NCBI GenBank assembly: GCA_938041455.1 | Contig: CALITO010000023.1 | Span: 370 to 64,369 of the forward strand | DNA: 64,000 nt | Source: an uncultured bacterium | Lineage (GTDB): Bacteria > Armatimonadota > JACIXR01 | Direction of reading: 5' to 3' | Shown here: positions 61,558-64,000 of the stretch, piece by piece | Layout: each line of letters opens with the position of its first letter | Numbering within the stretch: position 1 is the stretch's first letter | Program-made: the position numbers and the translations under genes | Notes under the pieces: model-generated | The model's input: the letters and a program-made list of their open reading frames with translations, nothing else | Databases searched by the model: none | What the model was told of the DNA's origin: nothing

Positions 61558-64000
61558 TCAGTGATGTCCAATTATAACTTCTATTAAGTCCCCATTTTTT
61601 AAGATGGAGCGGGGGATAGGATGAGTGATTGCCTTCCCATTCAGCCTCACCTCTTTGACCTTGTTCCCAAATCCTCTATATTGGATATGGAGAATCACAT
61701 CTCCGCACCTGATGTTCTCAAAGGAGATGTCGGCAGCCTCTCTGGGAATAGCGGGTTGAAAGTAAAGCTTTTCTTCGTCCATCCTCAAACCTCCAATCCC
61801 CTCTATTATTCCCACTGTTATGAGGATGCCATCCTCCATTAAGCCCTGGTCGCTCCCCACCGGTTTGTCATCGGCGCTGAAAGCATTACTCCCTTCATAC
61901 ATCGGTAAGGGACGTGTATAGGGAAGACCGTGCCCACTTGCTAAATTCCCTCGCAAAACCCTTTTGGCGAAAGCTTCTACCTTTTTCCAAGCATCTTCCG
62001 GCGATAATCTTGCTCTTATGAACCAGTCAAACCCACCTTGCCAGAACTGGGTCTGACCATTCTGTGTTCCGGGTGCTCTTTGAAAATTGTTCCAAATCCC
62101 CGCATAGAAGGCTTCCTTGTTCCCGTCCATTGTGTTTATTGCAGGTATGCCAGAGGGCTTTCCCGTTCTTCCATCCTTCCATGAGTAAGCATTGGGGTCG
62201 GAATCCAACCAGGAAATAACTTTTTCAACTTTCTCCTTGGGCAAAAGTCCGAGGTAATTTGCCAAAAGGGGAATATCGGTGAAGCCGAAGTCGATCTCCT
62301 TACCATTGACATCTATCCAACTGAGAAACCTTCCACCTCTCAATTTCCTTCCCTGGTTATCCCTTAGATCTTCCTCTCGCCAATAAAGGGAAAATAGGGA
62401 TTCCTTTGCCCTTTCCCCTACCCTTTTGTATTCATCTGCTTTTTCCTGCTCATCTAAGAAATAGGCAAGGCGTGCCAGAGCGAAAGCGGATGCTGAGTAA
62501 TAGACTTGAAGTAGGGCATAACGATGCCCAATGCACCAAGCATCCCAGTATGTGGATGGGCGTCCTTGCTGGGGAAGCCCTGTATATGGTTGGGGTAATA
62601 CCAAGATCTCCCTTTCATCAGCCAGGGAACGATAGAAATAAAAAGCCTCCTCCAACTTGGGAAATATCTTCCCGATGAACTTCATATCTTTTGAAAGAAT
62701 CGCGTATTCCAGGACGGATAAGATGAATTGGGCGTTTGTTTCAAAGATATAACCTGTTTGATTCCAACGCCACATCCATCCGCCATCACCAAGCCTCGCT
62801 ATAGGCATTATACCTCTGGGGAGAATGTCTCCCATCTCGTCCCTCGTAGTTTCCCCATCTGCGACGGCTAAGAGATAAATCTCCAAATTATTCCGCATCG
62901 TCTCCAAGTTGAAGCGGGGATTGTATTTACCCGCTAATGTCCAGAAGAAGGGGATCATCCCCTCGGGAGCCAGCGGACCCCCGAAGCAGTGTTCAAGGTA
63001 AAACATCTCAAGGGCTCTCTCAACCTCAGGGGCATTGGGCAAGTAGATTCGGAATGTTCCCTGGGAAGGAGGTCTTATATAAGGAAGCAGGCGGATGACA
63101 GCTGATAACCTGTATTTCCTCTCCCTTTCAAGTGATATTGGTCTGCAGTTATGTATGCGCCAGTCAAAGGTGCAAGAAGAAACGATTATTTTTGTTATGC
63201 CCATAGTTCTATCAAAGAGGGGATTTGGTAGATGGACGAAGAAAGGGGTATCGCTTCCTGCGTCTCTTATTTCCAAAGTAAGGAAACGGAAGAGGGGTTG
63301 AGAGCCCTCATCCGCACAGGCTATCAAGTCGTTCCCGATGGGACGATAGCAAGGCTGAAGGGCGTAGATGCTCATCTTGTAATTCTCAAGCATCCTTCTG
63401 TGGAAATATCCTCCCCCAGAGTTGTAAAATCTCTCCCAAGAACCCGCAGGGAAGTCAAGATGCCACCCTATATAAGGGAGGTATATATCCCTGAAACTTT
63501 GGAACTCCGCCCTCAGAATAATTGCATCCTTATCAAGGCGAAAATCCAAGGATGCCTTTACAAGGGCTTCTCCCTCGGGAGACACCAAATGGAGATTCGG
63601 AAAACGAAGAGAATAGTGAAATACCTTAACGGGTTCTACATTCCTGGGTTCAAGGACAAGGTTAGAGGGCTCATCTGGATACACGCTTCTCTGCCAATTG
63701 GAAGGACCCCCAAAATATATCCTGCTGTTCTTCCCAAAAATAAGACTCCCACTCCATTTTCCTTTTCCCCTTGTATCTACTTGAAGTGACACAATTTCCC
63801 CCTTCCTGAGGTCTATTCCCAATCTATAATATCCATTTGAGATGTGTTTTATCTCCCTACTCTCCTCCCTCTTTACCTTGGGAATTTTGAGCCTATCCCA
63901 GTTTCCCCTGAGCAATTCCCTTGCTTTTCTCACCGCTTCCTCCTCGCTTCCTCTTCCTATGAGGAAGCGAGCCCTGAACTTACCGTAGCTAAAGAAACCG
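61558..64000 (-). CDS. six-hairpin (alpha/alpha)6 glycoside hydrolase-like protein, 5' end outside window
   Basis: Frame stays open to the window edge; ETNAQFIL..EY, STYWD, RFLSWID, C-terminal YRGFG..V..VRLNG domain. Confidence 0.65.
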   Translation of the reverse strand, partial: GFFSYGKFRARFLIGRGSEEEAVRKARELLRGNWDRLKIPKVKREESREIKHISNGYYRLGIDLRKGEIVSLQVDTRGKGKWSGSLIFGKNSRIYFGGPSNWQRSVYPDEPSNLVLEPRNVEPVKVFHYSLRFPNLHLVSPEGEALVKASLDFRLDKDAIILRAEFQSFRDIYLPYIGWHLDFPAGSWERFYNSGGGYFHRRMLENYKMSIYALQPCYRPIGNDLIACADEGSQPLFRFLTLEIRDAGSDTPFFVHLPNPLFDRTMGITKIIVSSCTFDWRIHNCRPISLERERKYRLSAVIRLLPYIRPPSQGTFRIYLPNAPEVERALEMFYLEHCFGGPLAPEGMIPFFWTLAGKYNPRFNLETMRNNLEIYLLAVADGETTRDEMGDILPRGIMPIARLGDGGWMWRWNQTGYIFETNAQFILSVLEYAILSKDMKFIGKIFPKLEEAFYFYRSLADEREILVLPQPYTGLPQQGRPSTYWDAWCIGHRYALLQVYYSASAFALARLAYFLDEQEKADEYKRVGERAKESLFSLYWREEDLRDNQGRKLRGGRFLSWIDVNGKEIDFGFTDIPLLANYLGLLPKEKVEKVISWLDSDPNAYSWKDGRTGKPSGIPAINTMDGNKEAFYAGIWNNFQRAPGTQNGQTQFWQGGFDWFIRARLSPEDAWKKVEAFAKRVLRGNLASGHGLPYTRPLPMYEGSNAFSADDKPVGSDQGLMEDGILITVGIIEGIGGLRMDEEKLYFQPAIPREAADISFENIRCGDVILHIQYRGFGNKVKEVRLNGKAITHPIPRSILKNGDLIEVIIGHH

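Noticed and set aside
17096-63789. Long antisense ORFs (e.g. 17096-17665, 20923-21516, 63232-63789)
   Set aside because: They lie wholly opposite well-supported genes and show no recognisable motifs.

Overview
Gene-dense bacterial chromosomal window with no rRNA, tRNA, CRISPR array, prophage or transposase that I can see. A secretin, lipoproteins, many glycoside hydrolases and Glu/Lys/Arg-rich proteins suggest a diderm, probably thermophilic polysaccharide degrader. An Armatimonadota-like lineage is my low-confidence inference. Housekeeping genes: eno-pyk-ftsB-like, argC, pyrRBC, rarA-tsaE-tsaB-rimI, ECF sigma/anti-sigma/RseB-ispG. Carbohydrate genes: GH39-like, GH36, DUF4038, GHL6/GH42-like, GH2 with two CBMs, a six-hairpin GH, sugar epimerases and dehydrogenases. 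Most unusual elements: (1) a pilMNOP-secretin locus in which every component carries long low-complexity inserts (Gly/Met/Pro, GGY/RGG or elastin-like GGFPG), plus a truncated secretin N-terminal paralogue with a prion-like tail; (2) a stand-alone PqqD/RRE protein coupled to a minimal FtsX/MacB-type ABC system with no visible precursor peptide; (3) an hdrCBA-mvhD operon with no electron-input partner, ending in a half-size TauE transporter; (4) a Fur-box-controlled DUF5320-like protein; (5) a TtuA-like pseudoenzyme and a decayed AAC(3)-family gene. All family assignments come from motif recognition by eye; no database searches were run.
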